Assembly: GCA_032718475.1 (NCBI GenBank)
Contig: JAUCBJ010006899.1
Location: 21,808 to 85,807, forward strand
DNA from: Nemertoderma westbladi
Lineage: Eukaryota > Animalia > Xenacoelomorpha
Direction: 5' to 3'
DNA: 64,000 nt
How positions within the stretch are numbered: position 1 is the first letter of the stretch; the number at the start of each line of letters is the position of its first letter. A program made the translations under genes and the position numbers. Below the pieces are notes generated by a model. That model was not told the DNA's origin, did not search any database, and worked only from the letters and a program-made list of their open reading frames with translations. Shown piece by piece: positions 50,523 through 60,239 of the stretch.

Positions 50523-50590
50523 GTAACTAAATCAGCTGCCGCCCTAGATAAACTCAATAATCAACTAGCACCGAAATCTGCAGAAGAGAG

Positions 50591-53500
50591 ATGAGTCAGT
50601 CAGGTGACATGACACCGACGCGGACCCCGGACGAAGACCAAATGATCCATGAGGCCGCAACCAGGCGATACAGACCCACGACACCGCAGCCATCGATAAC
50701 GGGCGAACCGGAAGTTCAAGACGAGGGGAGCCTGGAACAAGAGGTCGAGCCAAGAGGAAGGGAGAGCGAGACAGAGGGAGACGGAGATGAGTCGACACGG
50801 GACGGAGATCGGCGCACCGATGTCGCCGGCCAGCTACAGGCCGAGGGCGACGAGCGGCCCACCGAAACGGCGACGGTGGGGCCGACGGTGCGACGCCGGA
50901 CGCGAAGAGACGGAGGAGACATCGGTACCGATGTCGCCGGCCAGCTACAGGACGAGGGCGACGGACGGCCCACCGGAACGGCGACGGTGGAGCCGCCGGT
51001 ACGACGTCGAACCCGGAGGGACGGAGGAGAGGTCGGCGACGAGGACGTCGGGGTTTCAGAGCGACTTCGACGGGCCTACAACGCGACCCGGAAGCTGATA
51101 AAGGACGCCAAGAAGGAAGGGGCGAAGGTAGACGAGGTGAGACTGAGAAAGCGACTAGGTGAGTCGGATAGACACTTTAATTACCTAATACGTTTTGGGC
51201 AGAGAGAACTAGCCGAGGAGAGAGCAAAAGGGGTTGCCGGCGAACTGTTTGAACTATGGGAGTGTGGGAGTATGGAACCTAGCGTAGCGCCAGTGTACAT
51301 AGGGCCATACTTGGTCGATGCCCAGGGAGCAAAATTAGTGGGTTGGAGGGGACCCGAGGGGGGCGAATCCGAGGTTAACCCCGAGGATTCGGCCTCGTCG
51401 GTCGGAGAAAGTTCCGGGAAGCGGGGAAAAGTTAGTAGGTCGGGAAGGCGGAGGGGGTCCGCTGTAACCGATAAGTCTGCTACATCCTCCGCGAAAGAAA
51501 GAGTGGTGAGAGAGATAGGTGCCGCATACCGTCTCAGCATGGTAGAACAAGGTCAGAGGGAAATGGAGGAACGGTTAGAGGAGGGGAGAGTGCGGTTAGC
51601 GAGGGAAGCGGCATTGATTAGAGAAACCGGAGAGAGGGCCGAAAGGGCTTTGAGAAGCCTTAGGGAGTGTGAGGAAATAGAAGAAATTATTTTATGTATT
51701 TTTGGGGAGCCGGGGGCCGTAGATACATTTATTGATACCCCACTGACAGGGACCGTGCGACAAACCCAAAACTGGTGTGACCGTACGGGCGGGGGGGGCA
51801 ATGTCAATAATGATACAGTAGACGTTGTTAATGTTGATAGTACCGTATGGGACAACTCTAATCAAACCTTTATTACAGGGAATACTTTACCTAGTGGTAG
51901 TAATTTAAATTTAAATCAGAACGTTCCTAATATTAATGTAGAAAATAATTCTAATATTAACGTAGTTACACAAAATAATTCAAATAATTTAAATAATGAT
52001 CCAAGCCCGAATTTACAAAATAATTCAAATGATTTTATTTCGAACGAACAAATTAATTTTATTTCGAACGAACAAATTAATTTTATTTCGAACGAACAGA
52101 TTAATTCCGTTTCCAATATGGGTGCTATTAACGTGAACACGTCGGGCGTGTATAGCCAGACAAACGGGGGCCTGGAAGGCCACGTAGTTGGTAGGCAGGG
52201 GGTGGCTGGGTTGAATAGACCCAGCGAGGGCCTGGTAGGCCACATAGTCAGTAGGCAGGGAGTAGTTGGATTAGATAGACCCAGCGAGGGCCTGGTAGGC
52301 CACACAGTCAGTAGGCAGGGAGTAGTTGGATTAGATAGACCCAGCGAGGGCCTGGTAGGCCACACAGTCAGTAGGCAGGGAGTAGTTGGATTAGATAGAC
52401 CCAGCGAGGGCCTGGTAGGCCACGCAATAGCAGAGAGAGAGGCGGGGGTGAATAGACCCGACCGCGATAGGCTTGATGTGTCGACTGGAGAGGGATATAG
52501 TAGCGGGGTGAGGAGTAGCGAAGTTAGATGTGGCGAATGGGGGGGGGGGGGGGCTACGAGAACCCCACAACAGCGAGTTAGCGGCAAAAAGGGGGGGGGC
52601 AGAGAGTGTCCCACAGCCGTCAGCGGATAATGCGAGGGCCGAAATAGGTAAACCGCAACAACCGGCGACGGAAAGTAATAGGGGGATTGCGAGTATCCCC
52701 AGCGGCGTGCGACCGAGCAGGGAGAGACAGGTTGACGTCGTAAGAGGGCGGACGAAGCGTCGAGCCCGATCAGAAGAGGGAAGAAGAAGAGTGGGGTTTA
52801 ACCGGGAGGTCGGCGAGAGATCTCACGAGCGGGAATACTCCACTGAAAGGAGAAGAAGAGAAGACAGTAGTAGAGGTATCGCCGCGAACGATAGAAGAGC
52901 GAGGACGGATAGCGAGCCGCCGGTAGTTGAGATGAGAACGGAGAGTCAGTGGGGTCGGACTCCGGGAGATTGCCGTCGCCTCGGAGAGATGCGACCCGGC
53001 GAGGCGCACTACGCGCCGAGAGAGGGGTACGCGATGTACCGGTACAAAGATGAGAACAGTAGAGAGGGGGGTCGAAGAGAAACTTTCCGACGGGATATAC
53101 CTATGGATCGAGAATACGGTAGCCGCGGGGAGGATTATTCGAGAAGAATAAACTTCAATCCCGAACAACACATGCAGACTGTAGGACATACTGTAGGCCT
53201 TACTGCACATACCGTAGGCCATACTGAGAGAGGCAATGTAGGCGATGGGATAGCGTGGACAACGGGATTGAACCCGGAAGTCGCGGAATACATACCGGCG
53301 GGTAGGCCAGAAGCTGATAGGCCTATACCGGTATCAGCACAGCAGTATGACTACAGCATGCAGGGACATAACATATACCCAGGGGAGGGGGGAATTATTG
53401 CGGATAGGTGTATGGGCCCCAACATATTAACATCAACCCCAGTACCAAACATACCGGTGGGGGGGGGACAGGGTGACATTCCCCCATCACAATATCAACA

Positions 53501-53624
53501 ATATACCCCGATAGTAGCAAGAACAACGAGACCCTTGGACGAAAACAGGTCGTGTGACACAGCATATATGGAGGGGGCCGCTACCCCCGATGACATACCC
53601 AAGCCAGAGAAAGTCAAGAAATAG
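50591..53624 (+). CDS. Element 2 N-terminal Gag region, low-complexity, split across frames (50591-52630 and 52530-53624)
   Basis: Frame change at G15 run 52539-52553; internal 24-bp (NFISNEQI x3) and 60-bp (GLDRPSEGLVGHTVSRQGVV ~x4) repeats. Confidence 0.65.
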
Positions 53625-56600
53625 GACAGACGGAACGCACCAGACAGGTGAAACTATACAGCACCCGTCGAATCCATTGGAAGCGCAGGCGATGGGGATG
53701 GCCACATTGATCGATGCGTTGAAAACGAGGATCGAGCTACCACCCGTGGAACCATTCAAATTCGATGGGAGTAGGCCGGAAGAATATCTACAGTTTCGGC
53801 GCATGTATAGTAACGAAATACTAACAAAAAACTTGACGCAGGCGGAGTGCCTAAAGTATCTACAAGTGTACACGGGAGGCCCAGCCTACGACATCGTGAG
53901 GCAATATCAGGGAATAGAGGGCGGCTTCACGACAGCATGGCGGGCATTGGATAGGGAATACGGGCACCCGGCCAAGATCATCAGGCAGACGCTGAGGGGC
54001 ATAACGTCGGGTGGCCTACAGGATAATCCTGTTAGCATTAAGACGTTCGCTAACAAAGTCGAAAAGGCGCTAATCGTGCTGAAGACGCTAGACGCGCCGT
54101 ACGAGCTCAATGCGTCCAACAACATCACCACGATAGCGCAGGCACTACCAAACTGGCTGCGCAACAAGTGGAGGAAAATTGCCTTCTCCACTCGAGATAA
54201 GAAGGGTGCGGAACCGGGTTTAGAAGAAATGTCAAACTTCTTAAACTACGAGGCTGAACTAATAACTGACCCAGTCTATAGCGAAGACAGCCTGGGAAAG
54301 GGACCGAAGACAGACTACCATAGACCGAAACCAGAGCACAACACATCGAACGCATTACCGAGACTCAGGCAATCATTGCCATATGCAGCGACGCAGGGGA
54401 CTGCAAGTCCACAGCTAGCCGAGGATAAGACAACATCATGGAACGGACAGGGAAACAATAACAGCACAAATAAACATAACCCCAGTACGTCCAGTAGGCA
54501 AAACCCAAACAATAAGAATAGTAGGGACTTCGGTACGAACGCAACCGCGATACGCAATGCACTGTATAAAGAAGGCTACGACCCAAAGAGCAAATGTCAG
54601 CTACACGCAAATGCGCTTCATCAAACTATGAACTGCAGGTACTGGCAGGCGCTACCCAGGCAGGATCAGATAGATTATGCGTTCAGCAATAAAATCTGCT
54701 CGCGATGTGTAATGAGTGGACATAGAGCAAGGGAGTGCAAGGAGAAGCCAATGAAATTTGGTCAAAGGAGAGGCCAAACGATGGCGACGAGCACAGTAGG
54801 GGCGAAGAAGAGGGGAACGGTGCTACTTGGAGTAGTACCAGTGCGAGTGATCGGGGAAGGCAATCGATCAGTAACAACACTAATGCTGGTTGATAGTGGA
54901 GCTGCCTTCACATTAGTCGAGGAATGGGTGGCCGTGGAGATAGGATTGAGAACGAGGCCGAGCAGGATGGCGGTAACAACCATCTCTAGCAAAGATGAGG
55001 TCCTGGAGATGAGAACAGGACGGTGCGCAATTGCAGCAGTGGCACCAGGATGCGACTATGGGGCAACCATCGACCCCATTCAAGTGATAGAGTCAATTAA
55101 TATCAATGCCAGGCGGCCAACCAACATCGAGGTTGAGCAGTACAAATTCCTGGACAACATTGACTTCTCAATCCCAGACGTGGACGTTAGGAAGGTATCC
55201 ATCATAGTAGGTATGGACTGCCCAACAGCCCACGAAAGAATGCAAACGGTCTTCGGCGAAGACAAGCAGAGTGACCCGGTGGCCATATTAACACCATTCG
55301 GGTGGACGCTGAGTGGTCCAATTAAGAGCAAGATACCATTTGGGATGTCGGAGACATCAGGATGCATGTTCGCGGGAACAATGCAGGAAATGGGTGACGA
55401 GGGAGCAGAAGAGCAGCTTAAAAGACTGCTCAGACAAGATTTTGAGGGACTGAAACAGACAGGGGTCGGGACCTCAGTAGAAGACAAGCAGGCTCTACAA
55501 AGCGTGGAGGAATCAATGAGATGCGATGAGGGACGGTATACTATAGGAATGGTATGGAAACTACCGAAGATACCGCTGCCCGACAATAGGGGGATGGTGC
55601 TCACGAGACTCCGCAAACTGAAACAAGCACTAAAACGGAGCCCCGAGAAGAATGAGTACATCCACAGAACAATTAAGAAGTACGTCGAGAAAGGATGGGC
55701 CGTGGAGTTACCGGTCGACGAGCCGAACACGGATAGGACATACTACCTGCCACTACACGTGGCTTTAGATCCAAAGAAAGGTAAACTAAGGATGGTAGTC
55801 GACGCATCGGCAAAGACCGACGGGAAATGCTTAAACGACTACCTGTTAGAAGGCCCAAACATATACAATTCGGGCATAGAGGTGTTACTTAGATTTCGAA
55901 ATGGGAAACACGCCTTCACGTGTGACATAGAAGGCATGTTCAACCAAGTCCGTGTAACGGAAGAAGATAGCGACAGTCAACGCTTCTTATGGTATAACGG
56001 CGAGGAAGAACCGCCGATAATACCAGCATATAAGATGGTAGTACAGAACATGGGGGCCAAGTCGTCTTCATTTACGACGACTATGGCAGTGAGAGACACA
56101 GTAAAGGGGAAGGAAGATAGATACAGCAGTAGGGCCGTCGATATGATTCGACGCGGCTTCTACGTAGACGACGGAATGGAGTCTGGAAATACGGTTAAGG
56201 AGATACTGGACACAGGGCGCGAGGTTCGCGACATCCTAAAAGGATCCGGCTTTAACCTGACCAAATTCCAATCCAGTTCAGAAGAATTTATTAAGGCGAT
56301 AGAGGACAGGAGACCAGAATCGACCATGGACAATCCCACAACAGCCAAAGGGCAGGACATGGCGATTAAGAGAACAGAATCTCAACAGAAGGCATTGGGA
56401 ATCGTGTGGGATAGAGAGACAGACGAACTGAAGTATCAGCTGAGCCAGGAGGGCGCAGACATCCACACGAAGAGGGGCTATGTATCGTATATAGCAAGGA
56501 TATACGATCCCCTAGGCCTAGCATCCCCATTATTAGTCACGGGGAAACAGATACTCAAGAGAGTATACAAATTGAAAGATGAGTGGGACGTAGAGGTACC

Positions 56601-58800
56601 AGAGGAAATCAAGAAACAGTGGAGCAAGTGGACAGGAGACTTGGAGAAGATGGGAACATACAACATGCCACGGGTGTATTTCCCGGATGGGAACATGACG
56701 AATCTGGACCTACACATGTTCTCCGACGCGTCGTTGGAAGCGTACGGAGCGGCACTCTACTTAGTACAACGAGAAGGGGCTCATAAGCCAAGGCTAGCCT
56801 TTAGCAAAGCAAAGTCAACGCCGCCAGATTCAGCATCTGTTCCCAAGTTAGAATTGACAGCTGCGAGACTAGGAGTAAGAGCCACAGCCTACCTAGTGGA
56901 TACTATTCCCAACATAGTGGAGACACACTACTGGACGGACTCCATGGTAGTGCTTGGTTGGCTACACAACGAAAAGACGAGATATCCGATATTCGTCGCG
57001 AATAGAGTGGACGAAATAAGGGCGAGCACAGAACTGGAAAGGTGGCACTACTGCCCAACAGACGAGAACCCAGCGGACTTGCTGTCGAGGGGCGTGGAAC
57101 GCCACACTTTCCTGAAGAAGGAAGTATTGTGGCAACATGGGCCACAATTTCTGAGCGATAGGGAGGCCTGGCCGCCGATGAGGAAGGTGGACCCGGGCTC
57201 GGAAGTAGTATCAGAAGGAGAAGAGGGAGATTCAGAGGGAGAAGAGATATACTCCCAGATGGTGAGGGAGATTAGGGACGTGCAACCAGGAAGGGAACTG
57301 TGCGATAACCCAACGGATAAACTCCTCAGCTACAGTTCTAGTTGGTATAAGACCAAGAAACTAGTGGCGTATTGGAGAGCCTTCGGGAATTTCCTTGCGG
57401 GAGTCGGCAAGGACAAGAAAATCAGGACAACCATAGATCTGGAGGGAGCGGCCAAGGCAGTGATCCGCTATGAACAACGGAAGAACTACGGCGACGAGGT
57501 GGAACGCGTCGGTAACCAACAGCACCTCCGACGGGACAGCGAGCTGATTACGCTGTCGCCACAACTCAATGACGACGGGATTCTAGTAATGAATTCTAGG
57601 GTGGGATACAACAATAGCATAGTCGTACCACCGAAACCCATCATCATTCCTACAGGATCGCCAATAGTCCACCAGATTATATGGGACTCCCACAAATCGA
57701 TATTGCACGGGGGCACCAACCGAACCCTCACAGAGATAAGGAGGACCTATTGGGTCAAACAATTAAGGAAGAAGGTTAAAGCGGTAGTGGGGCAGTGCCA
57801 GACCTGCCGACGGGCGAAGAAGGAGCGAGCCATACAGGAGATGGCGCCACTACCGGCGAGTAGGGTAAGACAGCACGACCCGCCATTTACGCATTGCGGT
57901 GTGAACATGTTCGGGCCGATAAAGATCAAGGTGATGCGACACACGGAGAAACGCTACGGTATTATCTTCGTATGCAACAATACGCGGGCGGTAGGGATAG
58001 AACTCGCCCAAGATGCAACCGCATCAGCGTTCATTAACGCCTTAGAAAGGTTCAGGGACCGCAAAGGTGGGACGATCGCAGTGATATACAGCGACAACGG
58101 CACCAACTTTGTGGGCGCAGAGAGTGAAATGGCAGAGGCCTTAGACATCTTGGAAGGGGAAGAAGTCAGGGCAGCCATGAGACGACGAGAGGTAAAGTGG
58201 GAGAGAAGGACGCCGTATGCACCACATACACTAGGATGCGTCGAGAGACTGGTGGGCAGTTCAAAGCGTCTAATGACAAAGCTAATGAACACCCACATGG
58301 TCACTGAGGACGTCTTACGGACAGTACTTGCGAAGTGCGAGGGGATCATTAATAGCAGACCGCTATATCCGGAGAATGACGACCCTGAGTCACTAGACGT
58401 GTTAACGCCTAGCCATTTCCTAATGGAAAGACCAGCGACCATCGATATGCGGGGTGTAGACCCAGATGACATACACTCCCGCCAAAGTTGGAAAATCGCA
58501 AAGGCAATAAGCGCTGAGTATTGGAGGAGGTGGGTCGAGGAATACCTACCCACGCTCCATAAGCGAAGCAAATGGAGGAAACCGAACAGGGAGTTAAGAG
58601 CAGGAGATCTTGTAATCGTTACGGATGATACTATCATCAACAACCAGTGGCGGTTGGCGAGAGTTGTAGACACCTACTCCGACGAGGACGGAAGAGTCCG
58701 ATCGGTAGAAGTGCGGATAGGTGGAAAGATAGGTGCGAAGGACAGAAAAACCTACAAGAGAGCAGTAGGGAAATGCTGTCTTCTAGAAGGGGCACCTTAG
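53554..58800 (+). CDS. Element 2 Gag-Pol (Gag core, Zn knuckles, protease, RT, RNase H, integrase with D->N at the first catalytic residue)
   Basis: FKFDGSRPEEY; CSRCVMSGHRAREC; LVDSGA; YYLPLH, CDIEGMFNQV, FYVDDG; FSDAS, WTDS, NPADLLSRG; H..HGG..CQTC, GVNMFGP, YSDNGTNF, VERLV. Confidence 0.95.
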   Translation: MTQHIWRGPLPPMTYPSQRKSRNRTDGTHQTGETIQHPSNPLEAQAMGMATLIDALKTRIELPPVEPFKFDGSRPEEYLQFRRMYSNEILTKNLTQAECLKYLQVYTGGPAYDIVRQYQGIEGGFTTAWRALDREYGHPAKIIRQTLRGITSGGLQDNPVSIKTFANKVEKALIVLKTLDAPYELNASNNITTIAQALPNWLRNKWRKIAFSTRDKKGAEPGLEEMSNFLNYEAELITDPVYSEDSLGKGPKTDYHRPKPEHNTSNALPRLRQSLPYAATQGTASPQLAEDKTTSWNGQGNNNSTNKHNPSTSSRQNPNNKNSRDFGTNATAIRNALYKEGYDPKSKCQLHANALHQTMNCRYWQALPRQDQIDYAFSNKICSRCVMSGHRARECKEKPMKFGQRRGQTMATSTVGAKKRGTVLLGVVPVRVIGEGNRSVTTLMLVDSGAAFTLVEEWVAVEIGLRTRPSRMAVTTISSKDEVLEMRTGRCAIAAVAPGCDYGATIDPIQVIESININARRPTNIEVEQYKFLDNIDFSIPDVDVRKVSIIVGMDCPTAHERMQTVFGEDKQSDPVAILTPFGWTLSGPIKSKIPFGMSETSGCMFAGTMQEMGDEGAEEQLKRLLRQDFEGLKQTGVGTSVEDKQALQSVEESMRCDEGRYTIGMVWKLPKIPLPDNRGMVLTRLRKLKQALKRSPEKNEYIHRTIKKYVEKGWAVELPVDEPNTDRTYYLPLHVALDPKKGKLRMVVDASAKTDGKCLNDYLLEGPNIYNSGIEVLLRFRNGKHAFTCDIEGMFNQVRVTEEDSDSQRFLWYNGEEEPPIIPAYKMVVQNMGAKSSSFTTTMAVRDTVKGKEDRYSSRAVDMIRRGFYVDDGMESGNTVKEILDTGREVRDILKGSGFNLTKFQSSSEEFIKAIEDRRPESTMDNPTTAKGQDMAIKRTESQQKALGIVWDRETDELKYQLSQEGADIHTKRGYVSYIARIYDPLGLASPLLVTGKQILKRVYKLKDEWDVEVPEEIKKQWSKWTGDLEKMGTYNMPRVYFPDGNMTNLDLHMFSDASLEAYGAALYLVQREGAHKPRLAFSKAKSTPPDSASVPKLELTAARLGVRATAYLVDTIPNIVETHYWTDSMVVLGWLHNEKTRYPIFVANRVDEIRASTELERWHYCPTDENPADLLSRGVERHTFLKKEVLWQHGPQFLSDREAWPPMRKVDPGSEVVSEGEEGDSEGEEIYSQMVREIRDVQPGRELCDNPTDKLLSYSSSWYKTKKLVAYWRAFGNFLAGVGKDKKIRTTIDLEGAAKAVIRYEQRKNYGDEVERVGNQQHLRRDSELITLSPQLNDDGILVMNSRVGYNNSIVVPPKPIIIPTGSPIVHQIIWDSHKSILHGGTNRTLTEIRRTYWVKQLRKKVKAVVGQCQTCRRAKKERAIQEMAPLPASRVRQHDPPFTHCGVNMFGPIKIKVMRHTEKRYGIIFVCNNTRAVGIELAQDATASAFINALERFRDRKGGTIAVIYSDNGTNFVGAESEMAEALDILEGEEVRAAMRRREVKWERRTPYAPHTLGCVERLVGSSKRLMTKLMNTHMVTEDVLRTVLAKCEGIINSRPLYPENDDPESLDVLTPSHFLMERPATIDMRGVDPDDIHSRQSWKIAKAISAEYWRRWVEEYLPTLHKRSKWRKPNRELRAGDLVIVTDDTIINNQWRLARVVDTYSDEDGRVRSVEVRIGGKIGAKDRKTYKRAVGKCCLLEGAP

Positions 58801-58929
58801 AAGTGGAGTTAGCGCTTAGTTTAGTCGTCCAAGTTTTGGACTGAGGGGGGTGGGATTGAGGGCGAGACGCCCTTCCCACATATAAAATTTGAAAAATAAA
58901 ATAAAAATAAAATAATAGTACATGAGTAG

Positions 58930-59750
58930 GTATGCAGTTAGTAGGCAGAAGGTACGTAGTACCTAATTAGTTAGTAGGTACGTAGTACCTAGAGTTAGTT
59001 AGTTAGTTAGTAGGTACGTAGTACCTAGAGTTAGTTAGAGGGTTAGTAGGTACGTAGTACCTAGTTAGAGAAGTTAGTTAGTAGGTACGTAATACCTAGA
59101 GTTAGTTAGAGGGTTAGTAGGTACGCAGTACCTAGTTAGAGAAGTTAGTTAGTAGGTACGTAGTACCTAGAGTTAGTTAGTTAGTTAGAGGGTACGTAGT
59201 ACCGTTAGTTAGAGTTAGAGTTAGAGGGTACGTAGTACCGTTAGTTAGAGTTAGAGTTAGAGGGTACGTAGTACCGTTAGTTAGAGTTAGAGTTAGAGGG
59301 TACGTAGTACCGTTAGTTAGAGTTAGAGTTGGAGGGTACGTAGTACCGTTAGTTAGAGTTAGAGTTAGAGGGTACGTAGTACCGTTAGTTAGAGTTAGAG
59401 TTAGAGGGTACGTAGTACCGTTAGCTAGAGTTAGAGTTAGAGGGTACGTAGTACCGTTAGTTAGAGTTAGAGTTGGAGGGTACGTGGTACCGTTAGTTAG
59501 AGTTAGAGTTAGAGGGTACGTAGTACCGGTAGTTAGAGTTAGAGTTAGAGGGTACGTGGTACCGTTAGTTAGAGTTAGAGTTAGAGGGTACGTAGTACCG
59601 TTAGTTAGAGTTAGAGTTAGAGGGTACGTAGTACCGCTAGTTAGAGTTAGAGTTAGAGGGTACGTAGTACCGTTAATTAGAGAGTCAGAGGGTACGTAGT
59701 ACCATTAGTTAGAGAAGAGTTAGAGTTAGAGGGTACGTGGTACCATTAGA
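58930..59750 (+). repeat. Minisatellite between pol and ORF3; core 36-bp unit GGTACGTAGTACCGTTAGTTAGAGTTAGAGTTAGAG (~14 regular copies plus degenerate flanks)
   Basis: Directly visible tandem array. Confidence 0.95.
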
Positions 59751-60239
59751 GAGAGAGAGAGTAAGAGGTAGAAGGGTATATAAGATATAGATATTAGTTA
59801 GCAGTTAATAGAGAGAGGGGGGCATATGAGCACAGCTGGATAAATCGTGTGGCCACACGACGAATACTGCTGTACTGCATGGGCCCACAGAGTAGGCCAG
59901 AATGTGGATTAGGGAATAGAATAATCCATAGGCAGTAGTAAGTAGTAGGACAGTAGAATCAAATTAAAAATAGATAAATAAATAGAATAGGGCTGAAAGT
60001 TGTAAAATGGTGGCAACATAAGGGAAGTTATTCTAGAACATAATAAAAGTAACGGACAGAAATTGTAAATTACGCTCATTTACTAGCTTCGAAATTAATT
60101 AGGAATAATTTAGGTTAAAAGGCGCAGTTAAGTAGAAGTAGGCCATTATCGAACTGTACAGAACATCCTAGATACATCACTCATCTGTATTGCGCCTTGG
60201 TAAGGCACCACCTTGCAGGTGAGCGAGTGAACGTTCGGA

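Noticed and set aside
50509-50526. TGG-starting sequence as a tRNA PBS for element 2
   Set aside because: Not directly preceded by a CA LTR end, part of a local hairpin, and I recognise no matching tRNA 3' end; not fully excluded without the true LTR boundary
52539-52553. Programmed frameshift in element 2 gag
   Set aside because: Falls in a G15 homopolymer, so slippage or a sequencing indel is more likely
59484-59699. ORF with VVPLVRVRVRGY repeats
   Set aside because: Translation artefact of the 36-bp minisatellite
59190-59700. 36-bp palindromic repeats resembling a CRISPR array
   Set aside because: Units are directly tandem with no unique spacers, there are no cas genes, and the context is a eukaryotic retroelement
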